Virus genome (UHGV): UHGV-1468954
Strand: one strand, 5' to 3'
DNA length: 30,750 nucleotides
DNA from: a virus
The first letter of the stretch is position 1; every line of letters starts with the position of its first letter. The notes below the pieces were generated by a model. The model was not told the origin of the DNA and did no database searches. It saw nothing but the letters and a program-made list of their open reading frames with translations. Made by a program: the position numbers and the translations under genes. This document shows positions 19,765-28,079 of this stretch, piece after piece.

Positions 19765-20123
19765 GCGTTCTCCAGTTCGGTGATTTTTATTCCAAGCCGC
19801 CCGCCTGGTACTTTCACACCACGAATTACGCGAATGTCATCGAATTGCTCGTCGTCTTCCGCAAATCCGGCGTGGATAAGTGAGTCGAGTAAACCTTTCA
19901 GGATGTTATCGAGGTCGCGGCGGCGGGAGTCTGGAACGTCTGCGATGACTTTGATGCGGAGTCGTGATTTGGTGAAAATGTCTAACTTGAGTTGGCGGAT
20001 GATTTGCTGAACGTCTTTTCGGTATTTCTGGCCTTTATCGCTGATGTAGTATTGGCTTCCCCGTCTTCGCCAGTAGGTGTTCACCGACGGCGGGTATGGA
20101 AGCACAAACTGATATTCGTTCAT
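19761..20123 (-). CDS. rusA: RusA-family Holliday junction resolvase
   Basis: 120 aa; ...DVPDSRRRDLDNILKGLLDSLIHAGF...GGRLGIKITE... has the RusA catalytic-region pattern. Confidence 0.8.
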   Translation of the reverse strand: MNEYQFVLPYPPSVNTYWRRRGSQYYISDKGQKYRKDVQQIIRQLKLDIFTKSRLRIKVIADVPDSRRRDLDNILKGLLDSLIHAGFAEDDEQFDDIRVIRGVKVPGGRLGIKITELENA

Positions 20124-20410
20124 GACTTAATCTTCCCCTCCTTCAGCAGTATCGCCTGCGTCCTGATCACGCCTTCGAGGTGGTAAAGTCTGGCGTCTTT
20201 GTTGTCGAGATTATGGGTGCGTCGGTCGATTTCATCGTGACACGCGCTACAAGCCCATGCGCCGATCAGGTCGTCAGGCTTCATTCCCGTTCCGCAAATT
20301 CCAGCCATCCGGTAATGTGCCAGAACTGTAGTTTCAGGATTACCATTGCATACGCCGTAAATACGTACCTGGCATTCTCTGCCGCGCGCTTCTTTGCGTA
20401 GGTTAGCCAT
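20120..20410 (-). CDS. YbcO-like (DUF1364) nin-region protein
   Basis: 96 aa; MANLRKEARGRECQVRIYGVCNGNPETTVLAHYRMAGICGTGMKPDDLIGAWACSACHDEIDRRTH... resembles DLP12 YbcO (memory). Confidence 0.6.
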   Translation of the reverse strand: MANLRKEARGRECQVRIYGVCNGNPETTVLAHYRMAGICGTGMKPDDLIGAWACSACHDEIDRRTHNLDNKDARLYHLEGVIRTQAILLKEGKIKS

Positions 20411-21132
20411 TAAGCAGCCTCCCCTGTTACTTTCAGCATTCCGTTATCGAGCAGCTTTCTGGTCAGCCACTGTTGACCACGCCCGGTGATTTTTGTGGTG
20501 AACGATATCTGTATTCCGTGATTTGTGTTGACCGCTGTTTCTTTCACTGTGAAATAGCCGCGATCCATATATTCCTGCATTGGCACATTGCGCCGGGAAC
20601 CTGAAGCAATAAGGATTTTGTGATCGCGCATCCACGCAAACAGTTTGTTTGGACCAATACCGACAACCTTTGCAAAGTTTCCAATCAAAATTCCGCTGGA
20701 CTCGCCAACGCGATCGGCAAACTCAACTTTAGGTGCGGCAATTGCGAGCTGGTTTTCCAGTTGCATTTTCTGCTCAGCAAGATCAGCAGCAAGGCGCAAC
20801 GCTTCTGGTAGCGTTTTGGGGATATTAACCGCGGTTTCTTCAAGCTCTCGCCAACGGTCAACAAGACGAGCGGTGAATTCCGGCGACAACTGGGCTACAA
20901 CGACAATACTGTCTCGCTTACCTTGTTCGCCCTCAAAAACGTAAGCCTCTACGCCACGAAGTAATCCTAAGTTATTGATTTTTTCGAAAACCACCATTGG
21001 GGGATTTCGGATCACACCTCGAGCCGCCAGTCGTTCAATAGATTGTTTCACCTTGTCATGACGCTTACCCACCAACTCAGCGATTTCAATGCTTGTCATT
21101 TTGATGGCATTGCCATTTATTAACTCATTCAT
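20410..21132 (-). CDS. Antirepressor-like protein with Rha-type N-terminus (Roi/KilAC-like)
   Basis: 240 aa; N-terminus IKMTSIEIAELVGKRHDKVKQSIERL fits the Phage_pRha pattern; inserted in the nin region between ninF and ybcO-like. Confidence 0.55.
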   Translation of the reverse strand: MNELINGNAIKMTSIEIAELVGKRHDKVKQSIERLAARGVIRNPPMVVFEKINNLGLLRGVEAYVFEGEQGKRDSIVVVAQLSPEFTARLVDRWRELEETAVNIPKTLPEALRLAADLAEQKMQLENQLAIAAPKVEFADRVGESSGILIGNFAKVVGIGPNKLFAWMRDHKILIASGSRRNVPMQEYMDRGYFTVKETAVNTNHGIQISFTTKITGRGQQWLTRKLLDNGMLKVTGEAA

Positions 21133-21301
21133 CGTCTTCTTCCTCGTACATTGAGCTATTCGGATCGCTCATCAGTTCTGCGCAGCAGTGCTCACACACG
21201 TGAACTTCCAGCACATGCAGCTTCTTACCGCAGTTAGCGCACGTTAAAGCTCGCTCGACGCTTTCTTTCTGGTATTGAATGGATTGGGATGGGCTAAGCA
21301 T
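21125..21301 (-). CDS. ninF: NinF
   Basis: Track ORF 21125..21331; from the internal Met, MLSPSQSIQYQKESVERALTCANCGKKLHVLEVHVCEHCCAELMSDPNSS matches lambda NinF (about 58 aa). Confidence 0.75.
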   Translation of the reverse strand: MLSPSQSIQYQKESVERALTCANCGKKLHVLEVHVCEHCCAELMSDPNSSMYEEEDDE

Positions 21302-21677
21302 TATTGGCGTCCTGCAGCATGAGAAAGACAATCATGGCGGCACGGAGTGGATTGTCATATGCGACACCAACATTCGGTCCTGCATCATCAAACAAGTCCC
21401 TTGCGTTGTCTGTGGCGCACGGCATTGAGGGATTGTCTAAAATTATGCTGATGTTGTTTTCAGTGATAATCGGCCATGCGTCTGCTGAGTTTACGCATGG
21501 GTTAAATGATCCGCGCTCAACTTCTACTTCAACTGCGTCTCCGTTTACAATGTCTCCCTCAAATGAGACAAACACCATATCGCCATTCTCACCTTCTTTG
21601 TAATCCGGTGATCCGTTATGAATGGCTTCGAATACCGCCACGTTAATTTCAAAATCACTTAACTGTGAATAATCCAT
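21294..21677 (-). CDS. Hypothetical acidic nin-region protein
   Basis: Track ORF 21294..21719; likely start is Met 21677 (GAGG 7 nt upstream) or 21683, which overlaps the ninE stop as ATGA. No family recognised. Confidence 0.5.
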   Translation of the reverse strand: MDYSQLSDFEINVAVFEAIHNGSPDYKEGENGDMVFVSFEGDIVNGDAVEVEVERGSFNPCVNSADAWPIITENNISIILDNPSMPCATDNARDLFDDAGPNVGVAYDNPLRAAMIVFLMLQDANNA

Positions 21678-21679
21678 TG

Positions 21680-21856
21680 TCATTTCCTCGCACGATGTCT
21701 TAGCCACCGGATATCCCACAGGTGAGCCGTGTAATTGAAGGTTTTTACGTCAGATTCTTTTGGGATTGGCTTGCGTTTATTTCTGGAGCGTTTCGTTGGA
21801 AGGTATTTGCAGTTTTCGCAGATGATGTCGGTGAAACTTCGTCGCTGTCGTCTCAT
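21680..21856 (-). CDS. ninE: NinE
   Basis: Track ORF 21680..21901; from the internal Met, [52 protein letters not shown] matches lambda NinE. Confidence 0.75.
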   Translation of the reverse strand: MRRQRRSFTDIICENCKYLPTKRSRNKRKPIPKESDVKTFNYTAHLWDIRWLRHRARK

Positions 21857-22263
21857 TCGTACCTCCTGTCGGTAAATCTGACACCCTGACCAATAGCCCA
21901 TGCTGTTGTGTACTCGATCAGACTTGCCATACGCTTCACACTCATCTGCGCGCTGCTTTCGCGAATGTTGACGTATTCGCCTTCAAGCCCGGGCAAAACA
22001 TCAGCTTCCTGTTTTGTTGCCACTGCATGACCGCTGATCAACAAAACCTTCCATTGTTCTGGTTTTAACCATTTATCGCGCCACTGAACTTGCCTAGCGA
22101 TATCTGCGACCATCGCGTGAAATTTTGCGTTCTGGTCAAGGTTGCGCTTGTAGTCAGTAATGCGGATGGTGACTGGCTTGTCTTTATCGAGTGGTGTTGC
22201 GAGGATGGCATTTATTGCAGCTTGCTGTTGTTGCTTAGTTCGGAGGAAGATTGTTTGCTTCAC
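21853..22263 (-). CDS. ninB: NinB (Orf-family recombination mediator)
   Basis: 136 aa; ...[20 protein letters not shown]...W... parallels the lambda NinB pattern LDQNRKLWACLGDVSRQVEW. Confidence 0.7.
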   Translation of the reverse strand: MKQTIFLRTKQQQQAAINAILATPLDKDKPVTIRITDYKRNLDQNAKFHAMVADIARQVQWRDKWLKPEQWKVLLISGHAVATKQEADVLPGLEGEYVNIRESSAQMSVKRMASLIEYTTAWAIGQGVRFTDRRYE

Positions 22264-22274
22264 TGAATACTCCT

Positions 22275-22466
22275 TTATTTTTTATGCCTGTAACCCCATT
22301 CTTCCAGCAACCTTGCGGCGTACCACCCAAGAAACAAAGGAAAGAACATTACAATGAGATATTTCCCGCCACGGTCAATGTTCGAAATTGACCAGATTAC
22401 GATGTAACCAGTGCAGGACAGGAATATTACAAACCCCAAAAAGCTACTTCGTCGACTCATGCTCAC
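22275..22466 (-). CDS. Small membrane protein (63 aa, two predicted TM helices)
   Basis: MSMSRRSSFLGFVIFLSCTGYIVIWSI...MFFPLFLGWYAARLL; not present between ren and ninB in lambda. Confidence 0.45.
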   Translation of the reverse strand: MSMSRRSSFLGFVIFLSCTGYIVIWSISNIDRGGKYLIVMFFPLFLGWYAARLLEEWGYRHKK

Positions 22467-22879
22467 TCCTTCACTTTGATTCCAGCGGCGCGGATAGCCT
22501 CTACATCGCTTTCGTATTGCGATTCTGCACCTGAGTCATAGCCAATGTGATAATCACCGGGAAGTGGGCCTTTCTTTGGCTTTTGCAGCTCAATTTCAAT
22601 AGCTGCTCTCGATGCCTGCCACGTTTGCCAGTGGCCTTGAACATCGTCCATCACGTATTGACCACCAATATCACCACTGCCAATTTCATGGTGATTTTCA
22701 GGGTAACGGATAAGGTCTGAAGATTCGCCCCCACGTCGTAACCAACTCTCTTCAAACTGGCATCTGCTTTCGTCATCTTTCATAAGGCAGTCACATTCAA
22801 TAAAAATCGGCTCTCCCCAAGGAGTAGAACCTCCGCTATCACACATTCCTGTGTTATTGCACTTTTGGCACTTGCTCAC
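22463..22879 (-). CDS. Cys-rich hypothetical protein (138 aa)
   Basis: N-terminal CQKC-x5-C...C-x-C (probable zinc-binding) followed by an acidic region; 4-nt overlap with the downstream gene. Confidence 0.5.
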   Translation of the reverse strand: MSKCQKCNNTGMCDSGGSTPWGEPIFIECDCLMKDDESRCQFEESWLRRGGESSDLIRYPENHHEIGSGDIGGQYVMDDVQGHWQTWQASRAAIEIELQKPKKGPLPGDYHIGYDSGAESQYESDVEAIRAAGIKVKE

Positions 22880-22891
22880 ATTAACCTCCGA

Positions 22892-23098
22892 TTAACTCAC
22901 AAAACGCCACGCCACTTTTGCTACGACAACAGGCATAACACCGATAATCACCCACAGAAAAATGCTACCGAAAAGCACACCCACCAGGTCTTTACCTTCG
23001 CCTACCAACCGGACAAAACAGCCAGCAACCACAATGAACGTCGCCACCATCCACAGAGCACCGAGAAGCCTCAATGCAGAGAAAATCAACTCAACCAC
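22892..23098 (-). CDS. Small membrane protein (68 aa, two predicted TM helices)
   Basis: Hydrophobic throughout; apparent GTG start with GGGAGAG upstream. Confidence 0.4.
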   Translation of the reverse strand: MVELIFSALRLLGALWMVATFIVVAGCFVRLVGEGKDLVGVLFGSIFLWVIIGVMPVVVAKVAWRFVS

Positions 23099-23111
23099 GA
23101 TTTACTCTCCC

Positions 23112-23145
23112 CCAAATAAAAAGGCCTGCGATTACCTGCAGGCCT
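23112..23145 (-). terminator. tR2-like intrinsic terminator downstream of ren
   Basis: Perfect 8-bp inverted repeat AGGCCTGC-N8-GCAGGCCT, followed on the minus strand by TTTTATTT. Confidence 0.6.
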
Positions 23146-23170
23146 GTTATTAGCTCAGTGATGTAGATGG

Positions 23171-23461
23171 TCATCTTTTAACTCCATATACCGCCAATAT
23201 CCGTTTCATCGTGGCACTCTGGCGACACTCCTTAAAAATCAGGTTCGTGCTCATCTTTCCTTCCCGTTCTTCCTTGGTAGCAAACCGGTAATACACCGTT
23301 CGCCAGACCTTACCTTCGATAACCAGAAGACCTGCCCGTGCCATTTTAGCCGCGGCCTGATTTATGCTGGTTACTGTTGCGCCTGTTAGCGCGGCAACGT
23401 CCGGCGCACAGAAGCTATTATGCGTCCCCAGGTAATGAATAATTGCCTCTTTGCCCGTCAT
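23171..23461 (-). CDS. ren: Ren
   Basis: 96 aa; position after P and similarity to lambda Ren (memory). Confidence 0.8.
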   Translation of the reverse strand: MTGKEAIIHYLGTHNSFCAPDVAALTGATVTSINQAAAKMARAGLLVIEGKVWRTVYYRFATKEEREGKMSTNLIFKECRQSATMKRILAVYGVKR

Positions 23462-24159
23462 ACACTTGCTCCTTTCAGTCCTAACTTAGCTTTAATTTCT
23501 GCGATCTTCGCCAGCGCCTGAACACGATTTAGAGGTCTGCCGCCCATGACAGGAAGTTGTTTTACTGGTTCAGGTATCGTCTCACCACGGTTAATTCGCG
23601 CTGTCATACAGGTCAGTTCATCGGCAGCCTTGCGTCGTAATTCCGCGTCAGTCAGCGCATTGGCCCGCATGTTCTGGTACAGGTTGGTAACCAGCCAGTA
23701 GTGCGCGTTCGATTTCCACGGATAAGACTCTGCATCCGGATACAGGCCTCGCTTCCGGCAATACTCGTAAACCATATCAACCAGCTCGCTGACGTTTGGC
23801 AGTCCGGCGATAACGGATGCTTCTTCCCGGCACCATGCAACAAACTGCCCGGGTGATGGCAGAAATGGTCGATTCTGCCGACGGGCTACGCGCATTCCTG
23901 CGTTAACCTGTTCCATTGTGGTGATCCCGTTTTCCCGGAAAGCCAGAACCCACTGGCGGCGGATTTCATTCAGTTCGTTCTGGTCACGGTTAGCCAGACT
24001 CGCCGGGAAAGTTGCCAGTAACTGGCTGAACACACCGTTGATGATCTGCGCTACCTGCTGTACCTGCGGCTTTTCGTCGTACTGTTCCGGCATGTTGTTG
24101 GCGATCCGACGCATCTGCTCACGGTCAAAATTAACCATCTGTGCGGCGATGTTTTTCAT
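23458..24159 (-). CDS. P: Replication protein P (DnaB helicase loader)
   Basis: 233 aa; MKNIAAQMVNFDREQMRRIANNMPEQYDEKPQVQQVAQIINGVFSQLLATFPASLANRDQNELNEIRRQW... matches lambda P. Confidence 0.9.
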   Translation of the reverse strand: MKNIAAQMVNFDREQMRRIANNMPEQYDEKPQVQQVAQIINGVFSQLLATFPASLANRDQNELNEIRRQWVLAFRENGITTMEQVNAGMRVARRQNRPFLPSPGQFVAWCREEASVIAGLPNVSELVDMVYEYCRKRGLYPDAESYPWKSNAHYWLVTNLYQNMRANALTDAELRRKAADELTCMTARINRGETIPEPVKQLPVMGGRPLNRVQALAKIAEIKAKLGLKGASV

Positions 24160-25055
24160 AAATCCACCCCGTAAATCCAGTCAGTGTTTGTCAGGTCGAG
24201 TTTTGGTTTGCTAGCTGTCACGCCTGCCTGTTGCTTGTTACGGTTGATTTCGAGTTGAGTCCACTTGTCGCGGAGTTTGGCCGGACTCAGCACGTTACCG
24301 GACCAGAAGTTGTCCTGGCATGCCCAGCGGAACAGCACGCACATGTCGCGGTGGTTACGTCCGTCACGTTCACGCATCAGGCGGATATCGTTAGCCCACC
24401 CTGCAAAATTTGGTTTTCTGGCTGATGGCGCGATGGTCTTCACCATGTCAAACATCCACTCTGCGGCGGTCAGGTCTTCTGCTGTCCCCCACTTGCTGCC
24501 GCTCTGAATTGCAGCATCCGGTTTCACCACAGAAAGGTCGTTTTCTGGCTGGTCAGAGGATTCGCCAGAATTCTCTGACGAATAATCTTTTCTTTTTTCT
24601 TTTGTAATAGTGTCTTTTGTGTCCCCCTGTTTTGAGGGATAGCAATCCCCCAATTTGAGGGATGTTTTATCCCTCGTTTTAGGGGATTTTCCCTCGTTTT
24701 GAGGGATACACCATTCTGAGATGTTTTTATTTGGTCCAAACATGCCGCCTTGCTGCTTGATAATATTCATTCTGACGAGTTCTAACTTGGCTTCATTGCA
24801 CCGTTTGACGGGTAACTTTGTAATCTCGCTAAGTTGAGAATCGGTGATTCTGTCCATTGGTTTATTCCATCCATAGGTTTTACGCAGAATGGCAAGCAGC
24901 ACTTTAAACTGTCGCTTGGTCAGATCTGCGCCTGAATAAGCCTCAAGCAGCATATTTGATAGTCTGGCGTAACCATCATCGAGATCTGCCACATTACGCT
25001 CCTGTTTGGCAAAGTTACCTCTGTAGAAGTTGAGTATTTTTGCTGTATTTGTCAT
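24156..25055 (-). CDS. O: Replication initiator O
   Basis: 299 aa; MTNTAKILNFYRGNFAKQ...; contains the ori iterons in its mid-region as in lambda. Confidence 0.9.
   Translation of the reverse strand: MTNTAKILNFYRGNFAKQERNVADLDDGYARLSNMLLEAYSGADLTKRQFKVLLAILRKTYGWNKPMDRITDSQLSEITKLPVKRCNEAKLELVRMNIIKQQGGMFGPNKNISEWCIPQNEGKSPKTRDKTSLKLGDCYPSKQGDTKDTITKEKRKDYSSENSGESSDQPENDLSVVKPDAAIQSGSKWGTAEDLTAAEWMFDMVKTIAPSARKPNFAGWANDIRLMRERDGRNHRDMCVLFRWACQDNFWSGNVLSPAKLRDKWTQLEINRNKQQAGVTASKPKLDLTNTDWIYGVDL
24585..24706. other. Lambda-type replication origin: four 17-18 bp iterons plus adjacent AT-rich region, inside O
   Basis: Iterons TCCCCCTGTTTTGAGGGA, TCCCCCAATTTGAGGGA, TCCCTCGTTTTAGGGGA, TCCCTCGTTTTGAGGGA at about 24622-24706; the AT-rich tract at about 24585-24620 is on the P-proximal side. 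Confidence 0.85.
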
Positions 25056-25064
25056 AATGACTCC

Positions 25065-25141
25065 TGTGGATTGATCCAGTAATGACCTCAGAATTCCATC
25101 TGGATTTGTTCAGAACGCTCGGTTGCCGCCGGGCGTTTTTT
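25065..25141 (+). ncRNA. oop: OOP-type antisense RNA (about 77 nt) covering the cII 3' end
   Basis: pO: TTGAGT (25030-35), 17-nt spacer, CATAAT (25053-58). Terminator stem CGCTCGG / CCGGGCG (one G-U pair) with a T6 run at 25116-25141. The predicted length equals lambda OOP. Confidence 0.6.
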
Positions 25142-25381
25142 ATTGGTGAGAATCGAAGCAACTTGTCGTGCCAATCGAGCCATGTCGTCGTCAACGACAC
25201 CCCATTCAAGAACAGCCAGAAGCATTCCCATTTTTGGGATGAAGCTGTCTTTCCATCGTGAAATTTGCGATTCATTAATCCCTAACGCGTCGGCAACCTT
25301 TCGCTGACCACGTACAGCAATTCGATTCAGGATGTTGCTTGTAATTGCATTCGCTTTCTTGCGAGTACTTGTAAGTTCCAT
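25088..25381 (-). CDS. cII: CII transcriptional activator; chimeric (divergent N-terminal/HTH region, lambda-like C-terminal part)
   Basis: Track ORF 25088..25468; start ATG 25381 gives 97 aa. C-terminal ...SQISRWK...LLAVLEWGVVDDDMARLARQVA.ILTNKKRPAATERSEQIQMEF matches lambda CII; residues 1-45 differ. Confidence 0.8.
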   Translation of the reverse strand: MELTSTRKKANAITSNILNRIAVRGQRKVADALGINESQISRWKDSFIPKMGMLLAVLEWGVVDDDMARLARQVASILTNKKRPAATERSEQIQMEF

Positions 25382-25439
25382 ATGTAAGTATTTCCTTAAC
25401 AAATAAGAAGTTATGCGCATCAACTTATGCGCGTTGTAT

Positions 25440-25482
25440 TCCCGCATTTCGGCGGGAATGAGGACCATGACTGTTAAAGAGC
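25440..25482 (-). promoter_or_regulatory. nutR (boxA plus boxB) between cro and cII
   Basis: Minus strand boxA GCTCTTTAACA (25472-82) and boxB hairpin UCCCGC-CGAAAU-GCGGGA (25440-57); the boxB is identical to that at nutL. Confidence 0.6.
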
Positions 25483-25490
25483 GGTGTTAC

Positions 25491-25691
25491 TTATGCAGTT
25501 GTTTTTTTGTTGCTTGGGAAGGGCTTTATTTCTTCCGCATAAACGCTTCCATCAGCGTTTATAGTTAAAAAAATATTTCGGCCTGCATGAATGGCCTTGT
25601 TGATCGCGCTTTGATATACGCCGAGATCTTTAGCCGTCTTGGTTTGACCAAAGCGCATTGCATAATCTTTCAGGGTTATGCGTTGTTCCAT
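25491..25691 (-). CDS. cro: Cro repressor
   Basis: 66 aa; [64 protein letters not shown] matches lambda Cro apart from about 2 residues. Confidence 0.9.
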   Translation of the reverse strand: MEQRITLKDYAMRFGQTKTAKDLGVYQSAINKAIHAGRNIFLTINADGSVYAEEIKPFPSNKKTTA

Positions 25692-25717
25692 ACAACCTCC
25701 TTAGTACATGCAATCAT

Positions 25718-25785
25718 TATCACCGCTAGAGGTAAAATAGTCAACACGCACGGTGTTAGATATTTATCCCTTGCGGTGATAGATT
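25718..25785. promoter_or_regulatory. Right operator oR1-oR2-oR3 with divergent pR (minus) and pRM (plus)
   Basis: oR1 25718-34 TATCACCGCTAGAGGTA; oR2 25742-58 CAACACGCACGGTGTTA; oR3 25765-81 TATCCCTTGCGGTGATA. pR is TTGACT-17-GATAAT on the minus strand; pRM is TAGATA-17-TAGATT with a leaderless cI start. Confidence 0.85.
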
Positions 25786-25788
25786 TAA

Positions 25789-26505
<717 letters not shown>

Positions 26506-26571
26506 TATATGTGAAATGCATATATTGATATAAATGCAGCAATATCAAATAGTTAAAAGGTTATATTTTTA

Positions 26572-26952
26572 ATGAATGATCTTGATAAGAAAAAGTACGA
26601 CCAAGTTATTGATTCTGTGAACTTCGCCCTTAGATCGTTGTCAGAGTTATTCGAAGCCCATGGAATGCATGGGATGTATGATCTAACGAATCCAAGCCTT
26701 GATGAGCTAAAATTAGTGTTTACAAGGATGAAAAACGGAGTTGACTCTATTGCTCAAAGCTTTGAGCATATGGTAGAGACAGCAAAGGATATGGATGCCG
26801 CAAGTGCAAGCATAAATGTTATGAACATCAAGCAAGGATTGATGTATGCTGAATCACTATTGCTTGCTGTAGAGAAATTAGACTATGATAAATGTGTGGA
26901 AGCAAATACGCAGATAAAAACCCACGATCTTCCACCAACCCAATGGCCTTAA
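26572..26952 (+). CDS. Hypothetical protein (126 aa) at the rexA/rexB position downstream of cI
   Basis: Same strand as cI, 66 bp downstream after an AT-rich spacer; visibly AT-rich coding sequence; predicted soluble and helical; no family recognised. Confidence 0.6.
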   Translation: MNDLDKKKYDQVIDSVNFALRSLSELFEAHGMHGMYDLTNPSLDELKLVFTRMKNGVDSIAQSFEHMVETAKDMDAASASINVMNIKQGLMYAESLLLAVEKLDYDKCVEANTQIKTHDLPPTQWP

Positions 26953-27021
26953 TAGTAAATCAAGATTTCATATAGTCTATTTGAACTAGGCTAGTACCAT
27001 AAAATAAACCGAGGAAACGCA

Positions 27022-27123
27022 ATGAAAACCATGTCCACTCTGCACAAAGATGCAATGACCCTGAGATCTCTCATTAACGAGATTCTGGCTCGCTCGTCAG
27101 CACACACCAAAAAAGCTGCATAA
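27022..27123 (+). CDS. Small ORF (33 aa) downstream of orf126
   Basis: MKTMSTLHKDAMTLRSLINEILARSSAHTKKAA; GAGGAA 5 nt upstream of the ATG; followed at 10 nt by an intrinsic terminator. Below the ORF-track size cut-off. Confidence 0.4.
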   Translation: MKTMSTLHKDAMTLRSLINEILARSSAHTKKAA

Positions 27124-27132
27124 TGCCTACAT

Positions 27133-27160
27133 AACCCGGCCTCATCGCCGGGTTTTCTTT
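27133..27160 (+). terminator. Intrinsic terminator closing the cI-orf126-orf33 unit (tImm-like)
   Basis: AACCCGGC-CTCATC-GCCGGGTT followed by TTCTTT. Confidence 0.65.
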
Positions 27161-27316
27161 GCCTCACGATCGCCCCACCTAAAAACACATAACCAATTGT
27201 ATTTATTTGAAAATTAATAGATACAACTCACTAAACATCGCAATTCAGATCTCTCGATCACCTTCCCAATCCACACAACCCTGCAAAAAATAAATCTATA
27301 TAAAAAACATACAGAT

Positions 27317-27379
27317 AACCATCTGCGGTGATAAATTATCTCTGGCGGTGTTGACACACATACCACTAGCGGTGATACT
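27317..27379 (+). promoter_or_regulatory. Left operator oL3-oL2-oL1 and promoter pL
   Basis: oL3 27317-33 AACCATCTGCGGTGATA; oL2 27337-53 TATCTCTGGCGGTGTTG; oL1 27361-77 TACCACTAGCGGTGATA. pL is TTGACA (27351-56), 17 nt, GATACT (27374-79). Confidence 0.85.
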
Positions 27380-27425
27380 AAACACATCAGCAGGACGCTG
27401 GCAGCCAAACGGAACAGATTGGCAG

Positions 27426-27466
27426 GCTCTTTAACATTGATGGGATTGTCCCGCCGAAATGCGGGA
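27426..27466 (+). promoter_or_regulatory. nutL (boxA plus boxB) in the pL leader
   Basis: boxA GCTCTTTAACA (27426-36); boxB hairpin TCCCGC-CGAAAT-GCGGGA (27449-66). Confidence 0.6.
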
Positions 27467-27573
27467 ACCAAAGAGTAGTTGGCTTTGGGGTGACGTGAAG
27501 TGCAGCTGCACGACGGCAACCGGAAGATAAGCACCCGGCGCGTCACCGCCAAAGTCAATCATCGGAGGTCAAC

Positions 27574-27879
27574 ATGACAGTCGTCATTACATATCTGGCT
27601 GACGATAACACCAGAAATCGCCGCAGAGCACGCAGACAGGCTCAACGTGAGCAGGCAATGCAAGAACAGCGACTGGCGCGAAAAATTGCGCTAAAGCTCT
27701 CTGGTTGCGTCAGAGCAGATAAAGCAGCATCACTCGGAAGCCTTCGCTGCAAGAAGGCAGAAGAAGTCGAGCGTAAACAGAATCGTATTTACTACCGCAA
27801 GCCACGCAGTGAAATGGGTGTGACCTGTTCAGGCCGCCAGAAGCAACGCGGAAAATCAATTCCAGCTTATTACGATTGA
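27574..27879 (+). CDS. N: N-family transcription antiterminator (not lambda-type N-terminus)
   Basis: 101 aa; GGAGG RBS; arginine-rich motif NTRNRRRARRQAQREQ near the N-terminus; C-terminal ...VTCSGRQKQRGKSIP resembles the lambda N C-terminus (memory); first gene downstream of pL/nutL. Confidence 0.7.
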   Translation: MTVVITYLADDNTRNRRRARRQAQREQAMQEQRLARKIALKLSGCVRADKAASLGSLRCKKAEEVERKQNRIYYRKPRSEMGVTCSGRQKQRGKSIPAYYD

Positions 27880-27887
27880 GGTGAGCC

Positions 27888-28025
27888 ATGCTCAAGAAAG
27901 TCAAACGCCGACTTTACAAAGAAGGTAGATATTCATGCCATTTGCCAAAATGCGACACAGCAAAATGGAGTGTCGATGATTGGTGTAACTGGATAGATAG
28001 ATACGGAACTTGGTGGGATAAATAA
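27888..28025 (+). CDS. Small Cys/Trp-rich ORF (45 aa) immediately after N
   Basis: MLKKVKRRLYKEGRYSCHLPKCDTAKWSVDDWCNWIDRYGTWWDK; its GAGGTGA RBS overlaps the N stop codon. Below the ORF-track cut-off. Confidence 0.4.
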   Translation: MLKKVKRRLYKEGRYSCHLPKCDTAKWSVDDWCNWIDRYGTWWDK

Positions 28026-28079
28026 CAGGTAACTTAAGCGGATTTATTTTCGCAGCAAACCACTTATTTGAGGTGAGAT

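Noticed and set aside
25382-25439. Direct repeat TTATGCGC x2 between nutR and cII as a possible terminator or operator
   Set aside because: It is a direct repeat, not an inverted one, and cannot form a hairpin. The region corresponds to rho-dependent tR1 in lambda, where no hairpin is expected.
26991-27188. Minus-strand ORF (65 aa) overlapping orf33 and the terminator
   Set aside because: It is antisense to a same-strand unit with an RBS and terminator; no independent support.
27214-27558. Minus-strand ORF (114 aa) across oL/pL/nutL
   Set aside because: It overlaps the well-defined operator, promoter and nut elements and has no RBS; chance frame.
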